Shown piece by piece: positions 26,175 to 39,501 of a stretch of 64,000 nucleotides of DNA (the first letter of the stretch is position 1; each line of letters starts with the position of its first letter). The stretch is from contig NC_042999.1 of assembly GCF_006345805.1 (NCBI RefSeq), forward strand, positions 17,050,001-17,114,000, read 5' to 3'. Made by a program: the position numbers and the translations under genes. A model generated the notes under the pieces. That model was not told the origin of the DNA. It did no database searches and saw only the letters and a program-made list of their open reading frames with translations. The stretch comes from Octopus sinensis. Its lineage: Eukaryota.

Positions 26175-26593
26175 GGGCGGCGAGTTGGCAGAAACGTTAG
26201 CGCGCCGGGCAGAATGCTTAGCCGTATTACGTCTGCTGTTACATTCTGAGTTCAAATTCCGCCGATGTCGACTTTGCTTTTCATCCTTTCGGGGTCGAAA
26301 AAATAAATAACCAGTTACGCACTTGGGTCGATATAATCGACTTAATCCGTTTGTCTGTCCTTGTTTGTCCTCTCTGTGTTTAGCCCCTTGTGGGTAGTAA
26401 AGAAATAGTTATTTCGTCTGCCGTTATGTTCTGAGTTCAAATTCCGCCGAGGTCGACTTTGCCTTTCATCCTTTCGGGGTCGATAAATTAAGTACCATTT
26501 ACGCACTAGGGTCGATATAATCGACTTAATCTGTTTGTCTGTCCTCGTTTGTCCCCTCTATGTTTAGCCCCTTGTGGGTAGTAAAGAAATAGG
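26175..26593 (+). mobile_element. SINE-A dimer with 16-bp TSD
   Basis: GGTATCTCATGAAACA at 26157-26172 and GGTACCTCATGAAACA at 26592-26607. Confidence 0.9.
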
Positions 26594-27007
26594 TACCTCA
26601 TGAAACAGATTAGTCCGCTGTGTGAATAGTCCCTGATATGTGAGATTCGTAATAACTCCCCTAGTTTCGTATCACCTCTCTCACTGGACTTGATTCTTTT
26701 GCTATCATCTCAGTAACTAGGTACCATCTAATAGCTTCAAATTCTGGATAGTCTGCTACACGACATGCTCTGTGTATAACTGTGTTGCCTCCTATATATG
26801 TTTATTATAGTGCAAGCATTGTAACATTTTTAAGATGTTTAAGATTGAAATTATTTATTGTAAATCTTACCACGCAACATATTTTCTATTCAGTTAATCA
26901 GTGTTGTGATTCTTCAAACAATAAACTACAAATAATCGAATTGCTAGTGATTTCCTTTGATGGAAACTGGTTCATGCTGACGAAAACTGGTTCTGACGGA
27001 AACTGGT

Positions 27008-27140
27008 TCAACGTGATATGGCTGTAAGCCATATCACGTTGAAAGCGCGGGTTCTCGTCCGATCACCGAAGTTAAGCAACGCCAAGCCTAGTTAGTACTT
27101 AGATGGGTGACCGCTTGGGAAACCAAGTTGCTGTAAGCGT
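27008..27140 (+). pseudogene. 5S rRNA retrocopy with inverted 5' end
   Basis: GCCATATCACGTTGAAAGC..GTTCTCGTCCGATCACCGAAGTTAAGC..TTAGTACTTAGATGGGTGACCGC..GCTGTAAGC is clearly 5S; the first about 22 nt are present as a reverse complement. Confidence 0.9.
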
Positions 27141-27145
27141 AAAAG

Positions 27146-27376
27146 TTGGCGAACGGCAGAAACGTTAGCACGCCGGGCGAAATCCTTAGCGGTATTTCGT
27201 CTGTCTTTACGTTCTGAGTTCAAATTCCGCCGAGGTCGACTTTGTCTTTCATCCTTTCGGGGTCAATAAATTAAGAACCAGTTACGCACTGGGGTTGATG
27301 CAATCGACTTAATCTCTTTGTCAGTCCTTGTTTGTCCCCTCTATGTTTAGCCCCTTGTGGGCAATACAGAAATAGG
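27146..27376 (+). mobile_element. SINE-A fused directly downstream of the 5S copy
   Basis: Full head and long tail; GGAAACTGGTTCA flanks the 5S+A unit at 26998-27010 and 27375-27387. Confidence 0.9.
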
Positions 27377-27823
27377 AAACTGGTTCATGTCCTTATATGT
27401 CAAGTACTGAATTACGTTACCACAAAAAATTTGTAAATGTAAATATCAACATGACCCATGTTACTAAAAGTTTGGGCGAGACTGTGCGAATATCCAAAAT
27501 GTGCGGCTTTTGTTATATTAAAGAATATATAAATCATTATACATGAATTCATGCTCAGACAAACTATTTAGAGTTATACCAGGATGAGTGTTTCATAGAA
27601 TTCGCAGAACGTTGATATTCGCTGAATAAGTCCTGTTCGGCATATATTGAAACTTAATCATGTTTCTTTGATTATGTAGTATATATACATAAGGTCATGT
27701 GCACTCAACGGGATTTATGATCAGCTCTGGTTATGAGTATTCCAGTAATTCCCTTAAATGATTTACATATTTACGTCAGTGTAAGTCTCTTGGTGTTCTA
27801 CAGATGTTTTGCAATTCAGACAG

Positions 27824-29082
27824 TATTACTAGCATAATAGTTATAATGGTGTACCACACACCATTGATGTCAGTCAGTATAAGGTGAGAGTACGAAATAG
27901 ATAGTCGTAGATTAGTCGTGTCGTGATCTTTACTGGTCTAACAAATTATCTGCTATACAGAAGTGGGCGTTATAAGTGTCCAGTATAAAGGATTACAACA
28001 ATGGCAACGAGGAATTAACAAACTCCAGAGGAATTAACAAACTCTAGAGGAATTAACAAACCCACAAGGAGTTACGAAGTACACAAAAGTATTTTATGCG
28101 AATTCTGCGTAAACAAAATGGTAAAATTATGGAAAATTTGTTGGTCGGTTTGCTCGAGTTGCAAAAAGGAGTAACAAGAGTAGCCGCTACAACTGCAGGA
28201 ACTATAGCAGCATCAACAACAATGAAAATAATTACTGTTATTGCAAGAAATTCTGCAATTAATGAAGAGTTAGTCGTCAGAAAATGCTGAAAATATATTC
28301 TTGCCAGAGTATGTTGCGGACCCGATAACAAAGAATACTGTTTGACACCAAATCCAAATACACAAGCAGGTATGTCACCAGCGGAAATGATGTTTACGAG
28401 GAAAGTAAAATCAGTCTGCGATAAAACGCTACGTAGCAAGAAAAGAAAAATTGCAATGGAAAATACAGCAAGATTTTTCAAAATTGGTGAAAAGGTATTT
28501 ATAAGAACGGAGTTGGGAAATTGGCGTGACTACGAAACGCGTAAGAATGGTGTTATACTTGGTAAAAATGGAAAAGATGTATACAAAAGACACATGAGCC
28601 AACTGTAAAAAACTTCGTTGAGAGCGAATCCAAGAGAATGGAATGGTTATATCATACTTCTCAAGTACCAATGCCACTACTGGTGATGGAACCCAGAAGC
28701 ACAAGCGTAAGGAAAAGAAATTATACTGATTTCCTTGAAGTGGATGCCAAACGAAAAAATATATTAAATGCATAAATGTGTGAAACAAACAGAAAATATG
28801 GAGGTGGGCTATGTAAAATTATTGCTATTAAAATAAACAAAATTACACTCCCTCAGAGAAAAAGAAAACTTAAAAGGGGAAATGTTACGAGGATAATAGT
28901 AATAATACACTCCTACCACATGGTGAGTGGTATGTGCTAGTCCCTATAAATAGGTAACGTCGGTCAGTATAGGGAGAGAGTACGAAGTAGACGTTCATAG
29001 CTTATTCGTGGGCATTATTGATCTAATGGCTATGCTGCTCTACCGAAGTGGGCGTTACAACAATCTGACATTTAGGATTACA
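27824..29082 (+). mobile_element. internally deleted Gypsy-like LTR element
   Basis: 3' LTR 28883-29082 (TG..CA) after PPT AAAAGGGGAAA; diverged 5' LTR about 27824-27997 followed by PBS-like TGGCAACGAGG; integrase tail TPNPNTQAGMSPAEMMFTRKVKS..FKIGEKVF..YKRHMSQL. Confidence 0.75.
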
Positions 29083-30194
29083 TCACATAGTGTTATTTAG
29101 TATGACACTGAACTATATAAATATTTCACGTGAGATGACAGATTCTCTTCGTGACCGTTTGAACTCAGAAAACAGCAGTTCGGAATTATTCACTGTCAGA
29201 TATGTATTTTAACGATTTACTTTTTGTGAGAATATATTGCCCTCGAAGTGTGTCGGATGAAAATATTTATGAAACTAAATCTGAAACTTACCTGTAATAT
29301 TATCCAGTTGAACATAAAATTAAAAATGACTCAACTGTGCCCACGTGTGGTAAGTAGACTCAATGAAGAGTATGTGGTCTATATCATATAACAGTAACCA
29401 TGCTTCCCCATAGAGACAGAATGTTGCAAGAAGCGAGAAACCTATCAACTGAATGTAAATTTCTTTACATCGTAGCAATGAAAGCCAGCTACCCTTGTGA
29501 CCCATTAGAAATAACGTAAATATATTATCTTCTAATTTCCTTTTTGAACTGCCAAACCTCAAAGAACAGATACTATGTACATAATGCCCACATAAAAGAA
29601 TATGGCCGCTTCATAACAAATAACGATATTCTATAAATATTTTACTATTTAGTTAAATATATGTTGTTTGCTATAAAATACTTTCGGTCAACTAGATGAC
29701 ATATTTCCCTATAACTCTCTTCCTTTCAGTTTGTCTTTCTATTAAGAGAATTAAATATTCTGTTGCTAGATAGAGACTTACATAAAACATCCGTAAAATG
29801 GACAACATGATAACTTTAATTAATCGAGACTCTTGTCGTTACGGAAAGAGATGAAACATTTCTGTTAATTTTGAACTAAACTAAAAGAAAATGAACGAAG
29901 ATAACTAAGTGAAAAACACCCAGGTAGTTATTTGAAATGATAAACTCTTAAGGACACAATAATTAAAACTGGATATAGATTCAGAAAGTATTATACGACC
30001 TTCAGCAGCTACGGATATGCTTCCGCGTACTGGACATTCTCAGCGAAGCAAATTAATTAGATGGTCGCGTGTAGATATTGTTCGCATGTTGATGTGACAT
30101 AATTCACAGTTACAAGAATATCAGACATCTTGTGTACTCTACTGAAACTTATATCATATCTATAACGATATGTAGTTGAAAGCGTTGCACCACC

Positions 30195-30600
30195 AGTTTC
30201 ACTTATTTTACTGCGGCCATGATGGAGCACCGCCTTTAGTCGAGCAAATCGACCCCTAGTACTTATTCTATGGGGCTCTTTTGCCGAACCACTAAGTTAC
30301 GGGGACATGAGCACAATACCTGTTTCTTTATTACCCACAAGAGGCTAAACACAGAGGGGACAAACAAGGACAGATATAGGTATTAAGTCGATTACATCGA
30401 CCCCAGTGCGTAACTGGTACTTAATTTATCGACCCCGAAAGGATGAAAGGCAAAGTCGACCTCGGCGGAATTTGAACTCACAACGTAACGGCAGACGAAA
30501 TACCGCTAAGCATTTCGCCCGGCGTGTTAACGTTTCTGCCAGCTCGCCGCTTGTCAAGCGATGTCGGGGAGACAAACACACACACACACACACACACATT
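30195..30600 (-). mobile_element. SINE-B fragment interrupted by a full SINE-A (about 30318-30551)
   Basis: B sequence resumes after the A head at CTTGTCAAGCGATG. Confidence 0.8.
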
Positions 30601-30753
30601 GTTCTCCATAGAGAAAGAGTGTTGCAAGAAGCGACACACACCCACACACACACAATAATTGATGTAGTCGTAAAAACTTCAAATAAACGCGGTTGGGTGT
30701 AATTACGTTTATCCTCGCTCCAGCTTTGCCACTGTTTCAAGTATATAAACCTT

Positions 30754-31037
30754 TGTTGTTGTTCCTTCTCGAGCCCTGTCTGGCTCAGAAGGGCCGGTTT
30801 CCCGATTTCATTGGCATATAGGTTCCCCACCTGGACGAGACGCCAGTCCATCGCAGGTGAGCTGCTAGATGCAAGAGGAAAGAATGAGAGAAAGTTGTAG
30901 CGAAAGAGTCATTACCTTCTGCCGGAGCCGCATGGGGCTTAGGTGTTTCACTCATAAACAGACACATATCGCCCGGTCTGAGATTCGAACCTGCGATCAC
31001 GTGTTCGTTACCCTAACCACTAGGCCATGTGCCACCA
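30754..31037 (-). mobile_element. SINE-D with 12-bp TSD
   Basis: TATATAAACCTT at 30742-30753 and 31038-31049. Confidence 0.9.
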
Positions 31038-31062
31038 TATATAAACCTTGACATAAATATAC

Positions 31063-31660
31063 ATTTCTTTCCTACCCACAAGGAGCTAAACACAGAGAGA
31101 ACAAACAAGGACAGACAAACGGATTAAGTCGATTACATCGACCCCAGTACGTAACTGGTACTTTATTTATCGACACCGAGAGGATGAAAGGCGAAGTCGA
31201 CCTCGTCGGTATTTGAACTCAGAACGTAACGACAGACGAAATACCTATTTCTTTACTACCACAAGGGGCTAAACACAGAGAGGACAAACAAGGACAGACA
31301 AACGGCTTAAGTCGATTATATCGACCCCAGTGCGTAACTGGTACTTTATTTATCGACACCGAGAGGATGAGAGACAAAGTCGACCCCGGCGGAATTTGAA
31401 CTCAGAACGTAAGGACAAACGAAATAACTATTTCTTTGCTACCCACAAGGGGCTAAACACAGAGAGGACAAACAAGGACAGACAAACGGATTAAGTCGAT
31501 TACATCGACCCCAGTGCGTAACTGATACTTTATTTATCGACACCGAGCGGATGAAAGGCAAAGTCGACCCCGGCGGAATTTGAACTCAGAACGTAACGGC
31601 AGACGAAATACGGCTACGCATTTCGCCCTGCGTGCTAACGTTTCTGCTAGCTCGCCGCCT
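31063..31660 (-). mobile_element. SINE-A trimer (one headed unit, two head-less)
   Basis: Period about 185 bp; junctions GAAATA(C/A)C|TATTTCTTT. Confidence 0.9.
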
Positions 31661-32689
31661 CCCTTGAAATGAATATAACGATAAAGTTTCGAAACAGACA
31701 ACGTCGTTTTAACCTGCAACGATCTTGAATAGCATAAAAATTACAACCTAACCTTTCGTCTTTTCAGTGTCACTGATTACATTCTGCTGCACTTAACAAT
31801 TTAGTAGTTCCAGCTTTTTCATGCAATTAAATGTTTAATTACAAATTACGCTTGTTAGCAATTTATTTGCCAATCCTCAATAATTTATTACTTGCTCTAT
31901 TAAGTTTACACGAAAACATTTCTATTCTCTTACTCACTGTTGCTAGCGTTAACAACTACTAAAAATCGTGTTCAATCTAAGCACCATTAAGCAGACATCG
32001 CCAGTAGTAACCAGCACGCGTCATAGTTTTTTCTATTTTTTATTTATGTCATTTTTGCAAAATAAGAAGAGAATAAAATGAAACAATATCTCAGAAAACA
32101 ATTATTATCAAGGATTTTTTTTAACTTCTAGCAATTTATATTCTTTTAATACAGATCCTTTTAAAATTACTTTATATCTGAAATGAAACACTATCTAACG
32201 TAAAAAATTCAAAGGTTTAAGTCCTTTACGTCAGATGAAAGGAAGCCTGGAAGTAACACTGTATAGAAATGCATTCATATTATCAACTGTAACATTTTCC
32301 CGTCTTTTTGACTCAGAGATCGTCAGCTGCCATTATAGTTCAATAGGCGTAGAAGATAAAAATAAGCACAATTGTATAAAACCTATATAAAGTTTCCTAC
32401 TGCTTTAATGTTTGGACTGTGTATAAACATTAAAGGACATACGGGGAAATTCAATGAAATTTAAGCAAAGTGCGACATTGGTGTAAACACATTTAAGGCG
32501 GCACGGAAAAATATCGACTGTGCAAATTATATATTGCCGATGACATATCTAAGATATTCGAAGACATGTTCTGAAAGATTTCGTATTCAATGATATTTAT
32601 AATGAACAATTGTTTTAGAACAAACACCACACGCATTCATACCGTTCACACGCAAACAAATGGTAGAGCGACGCATGTGTGTATGTGTG

Positions 32690-32886
32690 GTATGTATTCT
32701 TTTATTCTGTTATTCTTTTACTTCTTTCAGTCATTTGACTGCGGCCATGCTGGAGCACCGCCTTTAATTCGAGCAAATCGACCCCAAGACTTATTCTTTG
32801 TAAGCCTAGAACTTATTCTATCGTTGTCTTTTTCCGAACAGCTAAGTTACAGCGATGTCGGGGGGGGGTGCAATAAACAAACACGC

Positions 32887-32953
<67 letters not shown>

Positions 32954-33116
32954 CAACGTGCTTCTTTCAGTTTTCGTCTACCAAATCCACTCACAAAATT
33001 TGGTCGGGCCGAGTCTATAGTAAAAGACACTTGCCCAAGGTGCCACGCAATGAGACTAAACCCGGAACCATGTGTTTCGTAAGCAAGTTGCTTACCACAC
33101 AACCACTCCTGCGCCT
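32690..33116 (-). mobile_element. SINE-B
   Basis: Homology to other B copies. Confidence 0.88.
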
Positions 33117-33346
33117 AAAACCTACCCCTTCCCTCTTTCAAATGCACCCAAAATTTGCGTCACCTCCTGGTCCACAATTTCTTCGTTACCCCCGTTTCCC
33201 AGCCTGGCTCATTTCCCTGCTCCCGTCCACGCTGTGACACCTACCCCTACATCTACAAGACCAACTTCTTCGTGGGCACCCATCACGGTCCCCATCACGT
33301 CAAACACTCCTTCAATCGCACCTCTAGTAATATCATTTACTGTATC

Positions 33347-33580
33347 TCCTATTTCTTTATTACCCACAAGGTGCTAAACACAGAGGGGACAAATAAGGAC
33401 AGACATAGGTATTAAGTCGATTACATCGACCCCAGTGCGTAACTAGTACTTAATTTATCGACCCCGAAAGAAAGAAAGGCAAAGTCGACCTCGGCGGAAT
33501 TTGAACTCACAACGTAACGCAGACGAAATACCGCTAAGCATTTCGCCCGGCGTGCTAACATGTCTGTCAGCTCGCCGCCT
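33347..33580 (-). mobile_element. SINE-A with 16-bp TSD
   Basis: TATCATTTACTGTATC at 33331-33346 and 33581-33596. Confidence 0.9.
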
Positions 33581-33882
33581 TATCATTTACTGTATCCCCT
33601 GCACCCTAAAATTTGATTTTTTCTTACCTTACTAGACAAGGGATAGGCGTAGGAACAGTAACATGATATAGTTCTTCTGAACTATGCCTCAACTATGTCT
33701 AACTTTTGTTTAGTATGTTTTAAACATTCAGCTTTTAGCTCTTGTAGAAGAGACTCCAAGACAACATGTTACAATTCAATCGGAATAAAAAACGAATCTG
33801 TTAAGATGTGAAAAATATCAGTTATGGCCCGAGAAAGCTTATTGCTTTCTTCAACTGCATAATGCAATTTAAAAGTACAAAT

Positions 33883-33887
<5 letters not shown>

Positions 33888-33915
<28 letters not shown>

Positions 33916-34285
33916 GTTTAATGTCCGTTCTCCATGCTAGCATGGGTTGGACGGTTCGAACGGGGATCTGGGAAGCCAGAAGGCTGCACCAGGCTCCAGT
34001 CTTATCTGGCAATGTTTCTACAGCTGGATGCCCTTCCTAACGCCAACCACTCCGTGAGTGTAGTGGGTGCTTTTTACTTGCCACCGACACAGGTGCCAGG
34101 CGAAGCTGGCAACGGCCACGATCGGATTGGTACAATTTACGTGCCACCGGCACGGAAGCCAGTCGAGGCGGCGCTGGCATCGGCCACGATTCGGATAGTG
34201 CATTTTACGTACCACCAGTCCAGGAGTCCTGGCATCTGCCGGGTGCCAGTCATAGGATTGGTTCAATTTCGATTTCGATTTGTAT
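33888..34285 (-). mobile_element. SINE-like element with RTE-type tail and (ATG)n end
   Basis: GGATGCCCTTCCTAACGCCAACC block typical of RTE-derived tails; internal repeats of about 60 bp (TTTACGTGCCACC..GGCCACGAT). Confidence 0.65.
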
Positions 34286-34593
34286 GATAGTAATATGTAT
34301 GATAGTAATCATCCGAAAACGCCGCTTAGTCATTATGACTGGACGATGATGATAAATTAATTACTCTATGTATGTATTCTCTGTTTTCTTTGAATTTTAA
34401 TACTAAATCGATAAGGAGGAAAATCACTATAGCGACACCCGAAACTTCAGAAATGTAAATACTAATATTGAAGAGGAACCAACATTAAAGACTAGTACGG
34501 ATATACGTGAAATATTTCCTGTATCGTTAAATCGATATTTGTGCAAAACTGGATAAGATACCCCCTGAAAGAACTTTTTTCTATACAGACTTA

Positions 34594-34664
<71 letters not shown>

Positions 34665-35814
34665 GTATGAACTCACAAACACGTAGATATATATACTTGC
34701 AAGTACATACAAGCACACACAAGCACAGCCTCTGTAAACAGAAAAGCACATATTATATGGAGAGTCACGCATCATCATTGCTGTCTATTCATCTCTAGGA
34801 ATGTATGTTTAATGTTTATAACATTGCTCTGTTTGAACATGTTTAGGTTCACAAACGTATAAATATATCAGAAATCGCGTATAAATATATCCTGAAATAC
34901 ATGTTGTGCCTTCCCGATGACCACTAGTAAAAAGTGGGGGAGTGACCTTCGTCTCATATCATGAGGCAGATTACAACAATGAATCTAAACTTGAGTTATA
35001 TGAATAGGATATAAATAGTTCACACACACCCCCACACACACATTTACACACACTCACACACACACTCACTCTCTCACTCCCCCTCTCTCTCTCTTTCTCT
35101 CTCTCACACACACTCACATATATCAAAACTGGTGTTATTCTTCAGACGGAAAGAAAAATTTCTCATAGACATCTAATATATTTCTCTTACATGTACATTT
35201 TTATTATACCTATTAGCAAATGAAACACGTGTAATGGAGAATGAATGATACCAAACTATCCTTCCAATCTTCAGTTATCTTATGTCAGTATTCTTCAGAA
35301 TATATATCCGAGTATTTCTCAACTCTTTTGTATAACTTACAGAAATAAAACGCCTACATTCAATTTTAGAGAATAAGCAGATGTACTTCAAGCGAACGCA
35401 GCATGGATTAGAACCCTATTTAAACACATACACACACACACACGCACACACACAGGTATGTATATATATATATACATGTATTTCCGAAGTCATACCTCAT
35501 TACCATTCGGTACTGTAAATCCACGGGTGTGTTCCAGTTATACTGGTTTTACTCAAGTGGTACACAACAAAAGGCATAAAGTTCATTAAATATTATTCTT
35601 TGTTGCAGTAAATTTTACTTATTCCTGTTTCCAATTGTCATTATAGATTCATTAATGATAGGTTTGGTCAACCGACCCATCGAGTGGTTTTAAGAAATTG
35701 AACAACCTAGAAAGTCAATGCTACTTTCGTCAGAGTCAATAAGAAAAGATATGCTATGACCATTATTTATGCCTTGGATTATATATAAATACACGCACGC
35801 ACACACACACATAT

Positions 35815-35875
<61 letters not shown>

Positions 35876-35929
35876 TATATACACACATATGTATGTGAAT
35901 AGAAACGTATATGAATATAAATATATATA

Positions 35930-36095
35930 TAGGAGTGGCTGTGTCGTAAGAAGCTTGCTTCCCAGCCACACGGTGCCAGGTTCGGATCCACTGCATGGCA
36001 CATAGGTCAAGTGTCTTCTATTATAGTCTCATGCCAGCCAAAGCCTTGTGAGTGGATTTGGTGAATGGAAACTAAAAGAAGCCCGTCGTATATAT
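35930..36095 (+). mobile_element. SINE-B 5' half
   Basis: AGGAGTGGCTGTGTCGTAAG..GAAGCCCGTCGTATATA. Confidence 0.8.
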
Positions 36096-36295
36096 ATATA
36101 TATCTGTGTGTGTGTGTGTGTATATATATATATGTGTGTGTATATATATATATATGTGTGTGTGTGTATATATATATATGTATATATATGTATATATATA
36201 TATATATGTATATATATGTATATATATATATATATGTATATGTATATGTACATGTATATGATCGAATCCATTTCCTTTCATATATATGAAAATAG

Positions 36296-36860
36296 ATAAT
36301 ATTCTGTTGTGTCTGGGGAGAGTCATTTTCTTTTTGTGCCGTATAATTTAACACACTCACCGGTAACATTTCTACTTATTTCTTATTTTTATTTTCCTAA
36401 AAGAAATGTTGCGTCTTGCAACATTTTTAATAGTCTTAACCTAGAAAGACTAAGAGTCAAGACAATTAAAAAGGTTGCAAGACGCAACAAAAATTTTAGG
36501 AAAATAAAAATAAGAAATAAATTTATGGAAATGTTACCGGTGAGTGTTTTAAATTATAAGGCACAAAAAGAAAATGACTCCCCCCAGACACGACAGAATA
36601 TGCTTCAATACACGAACTCCTATAAAGAATCTTGCAAACCAAATACGGGAAATAAATAGTCAAGACAATTGAAAAGGTTGCAAGACGCAACAAAAATTTT
36701 AGGTAAATAAAAATAAGAAATAAATGGAAATGCTACCGGTGAGTGTTTTGAATTATAAGGCACAAAAACAAAATGACTCTCCCCAGACACAACAGAATAT
36801 GCTTCAACACACTAACTCATATAAAGAATCTTGCAAACCAAATCCCCAAACGAAATACTA
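36296..36860. mobile_element. repeat H: one inverted partial copy and two tandem copies
   Basis: About 36300-36430 is the reverse complement of about 36460-36600; about 36458-36655 is repeated at about 36657-36845. Confidence 0.85.
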
Positions 36861-37837
36861 TTTGATATATTATTTTACCCCAGTGAAATATCAATGATTT
36901 TTTCATTCTTTCTGTCTGTCAATCTCACATTTATAGAGTTACCCTGTATAATATTAATATTTTAAACCGTTCTGTTACTGTATTACTAACATACATTTAT
37001 GTTCTATCAATTTATATATGTATGTGACCTCTTCATCTTACTCTATCACTCTCAATGTTTCCTAGTGTTGTTTCTTTTATTTATCAACATGTTATATACA
37101 GCGGTGAATATCGTAACTTACATTCTTCTCCTATCACAATATTACCTTGTCCTGTTGTTCTTCTCTTTTAATTAGATTGTATCTGTCATCGTAGGTATAC
37201 AATCAAGCAAGAAATTATACGTGTAATATATTATCATTTTGATATATTATTTTGACTTTCGATTGATTCTCTTAATTGAACGAATTTACCTATTTACTGC
37301 AAGAATTCGCACCGGCACATTGGTAAATTGATAGCGTGTATATATACCATTGAAGCAGCGACATGAGTTATGTTGCTTTTAATTAAGGTTTCCCCATTTA
37401 ATTATAGTTAATTCGATGTCGTTTCGTTTTGATGGATCTCTGCTTTTAAGTCCTAACTTTAATTAAATTTGCCTTTATTGTGTTGCATTATTTACATGTG
37501 GCTTGAAGTAATTGAACTTAAATTGATCAATTGATATATTAGCCGCAGTTACCTTAGTATATTGAAAGCAATTAGATACCTTAGTTTGTATCACATTATA
37601 TATTTGTAATATATACGTATATCAGTTTGTTGACTTCATGCGCCTGCAACTTTCTTTATCGTTTGGTATCCTTAATATGTTTATTCCTGTCGATACTTCT
37701 CTCGAAAGTCTAACGATAATGTTTTGAAACTTTATTAATTGCGTTCTGTGAAGATTTTGCTTTTTACGCTACGAATATACGATTGCTTTGTATATGGTTA
37801 GATATATGGTAAGTTAAAGAATAAAACATTTTATACC

Positions 37838-37855
37838 TATACATACATACATACA

Positions 37856-37891
<36 letters not shown>

Positions 37892-38145
37892 TATATGTTT
37901 ATATATATATATATATGTTTATATATATATATATATGTTTATATATGCATGTATATATGTGACTATATATATATATGTATATATATGCATGTATATATGT
38001 GACTATATATATATATTTATATATATATATATATTTATATACATATATATATCTATATAAGCATGTATATATGTGACTATATATATATATATTTATATAC
38101 ATATATATATCTATATAAGCATGTATATATGTGATTATATATATA
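37838..38145. repeat. (TACA)n/(TA)n with a short GCATGTATATATGTGA minisatellite
   Basis: Direct reading. Confidence 0.85.
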
Positions 38146-38935
38146 GATGTACACACTCGTGCATATATATTCAAGAATATATATCTACACAATTTTCACG
38201 TTCAAATATTCAACATCAATATTCTTGTTCTAGGAAACCAAAGAGAACATCAATAAGCATATAACAATAACTAATAACAATAATAATAATAACGATGATG
38301 ATGATGATGATAATAATAATAATAATAATAATAAAATGCACTTGGATGAATTGAAATCAGTTGAAAACATAAATCTACGTATGTATATTATGAAATAAAA
38401 GCAAGTCTTCGCAGTCACTGTCTTGAAAAATGATGCTCGAGAGAAAAAAAATTGCTTTTATAAAGTTTATAATAATGAATCTGAAGGCTGCGAGATGGCA
38501 GAATTATTATCACAACGAAGAAATAACTAAGTAATTTTTCGTCTGTTTTACGTCCGGAGTTCAAATCGCGCTGAGCTCGACAGGTCATAGAAACCCTCTC
38601 GTTGATTCCCAAAACGATATCCAATTCTACTTTTACCTTCCTTTACCTGCCAAAAGCGACATAAATGTGGTGCGATTCAAAGTAAACCACCATATGTCTC
38701 AATCTCGTGAGTACTGGTTCATCCGTATCGCTGCTTCTAAGTTACGTGTTATACGTGTAGCTTCCCTTTCCCTTCTTTTTTCTCTTCTTTATTTTTTGCT
38801 ATAAACTACAGATGAACATATTATCAAAAATGAACCTATACGCATCCAGATGTATCTAAATAATGTATTGATTACCAACCTCCAGCCTGTTGTTAATTTG
38901 GGGCCCACTTCAAAATCAAAATTGTGTAAATATGT

Positions 38936-39501
38936 ATTTCTTTACTACCCACAAGGGGCTAAACACAGAGAGGACAAACAAGGACAGACAAAGGGATTAA
39001 GTCGTTTACATCGACCCCAGTGCGTAACTGATACTTATTTAATCGACCCCGAAAGGATGAAAGGCAAAGTCGACATCGGCGGAATTTGAACTCAGAGCGT
39101 AAAGACAGACGAAATACCTATTTCTTTACTACCCACAAGGGGCTAAACACAGACGGGACAAACAAGGACAGACAAAGGGATCAAGTCGATTACATCGACG
39201 CCAGTGCGTAACTGGTACTTAATTTATCGACCCCGAAAGGATGAAAGGCAAAGTCGATCTCGGCGGAATTTGAACTCAGAACGTAACAACAAACGAAATG
39301 CGGCTACTCATTTCGCCCGGCGTGCTAACGTTTCTGCCAGCTCGTCACCTTGTACTCATTTTTGCCAGCTGAGGGGACAGGAGCAACATGAAAAGATGTG
39401 TTTTGCTCAAGAACACAACGTGTCGCCCGGTCCAGGAATCGAAACCACACTCTTACGATCAATGATGCTGACACCCTAACCACTAAGCCAAGCGCCTCCA
39501 C
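38936..39501 (-). mobile_element. composite: SINE-E head (tRNA + CORE-like) fused to a SINE-A dimer
   Basis: One 17-bp TSD AAATTG(T/C)GTAAATATGT at 38919-38935 and 39502-39518. Confidence 0.85.

Noticed and set aside
26977-27010. CTGACGA..GAAAC as a hammerhead
   Set aside because: No stem II closes onto GAAA; the motif comes from the triplicated target sequence.
27008-27140. Functional 5S rRNA gene
   Set aside because: The 5' end is inverted, there is no oligo-T terminator, it is fused to a SINE and it is TSD-flanked.
29320-29562. 80-aa ORF, and the similar 42066-42254 ORF, as host exons
   Set aside because: No recognisable domain and no convincing splice context; the length is within chance expectation.
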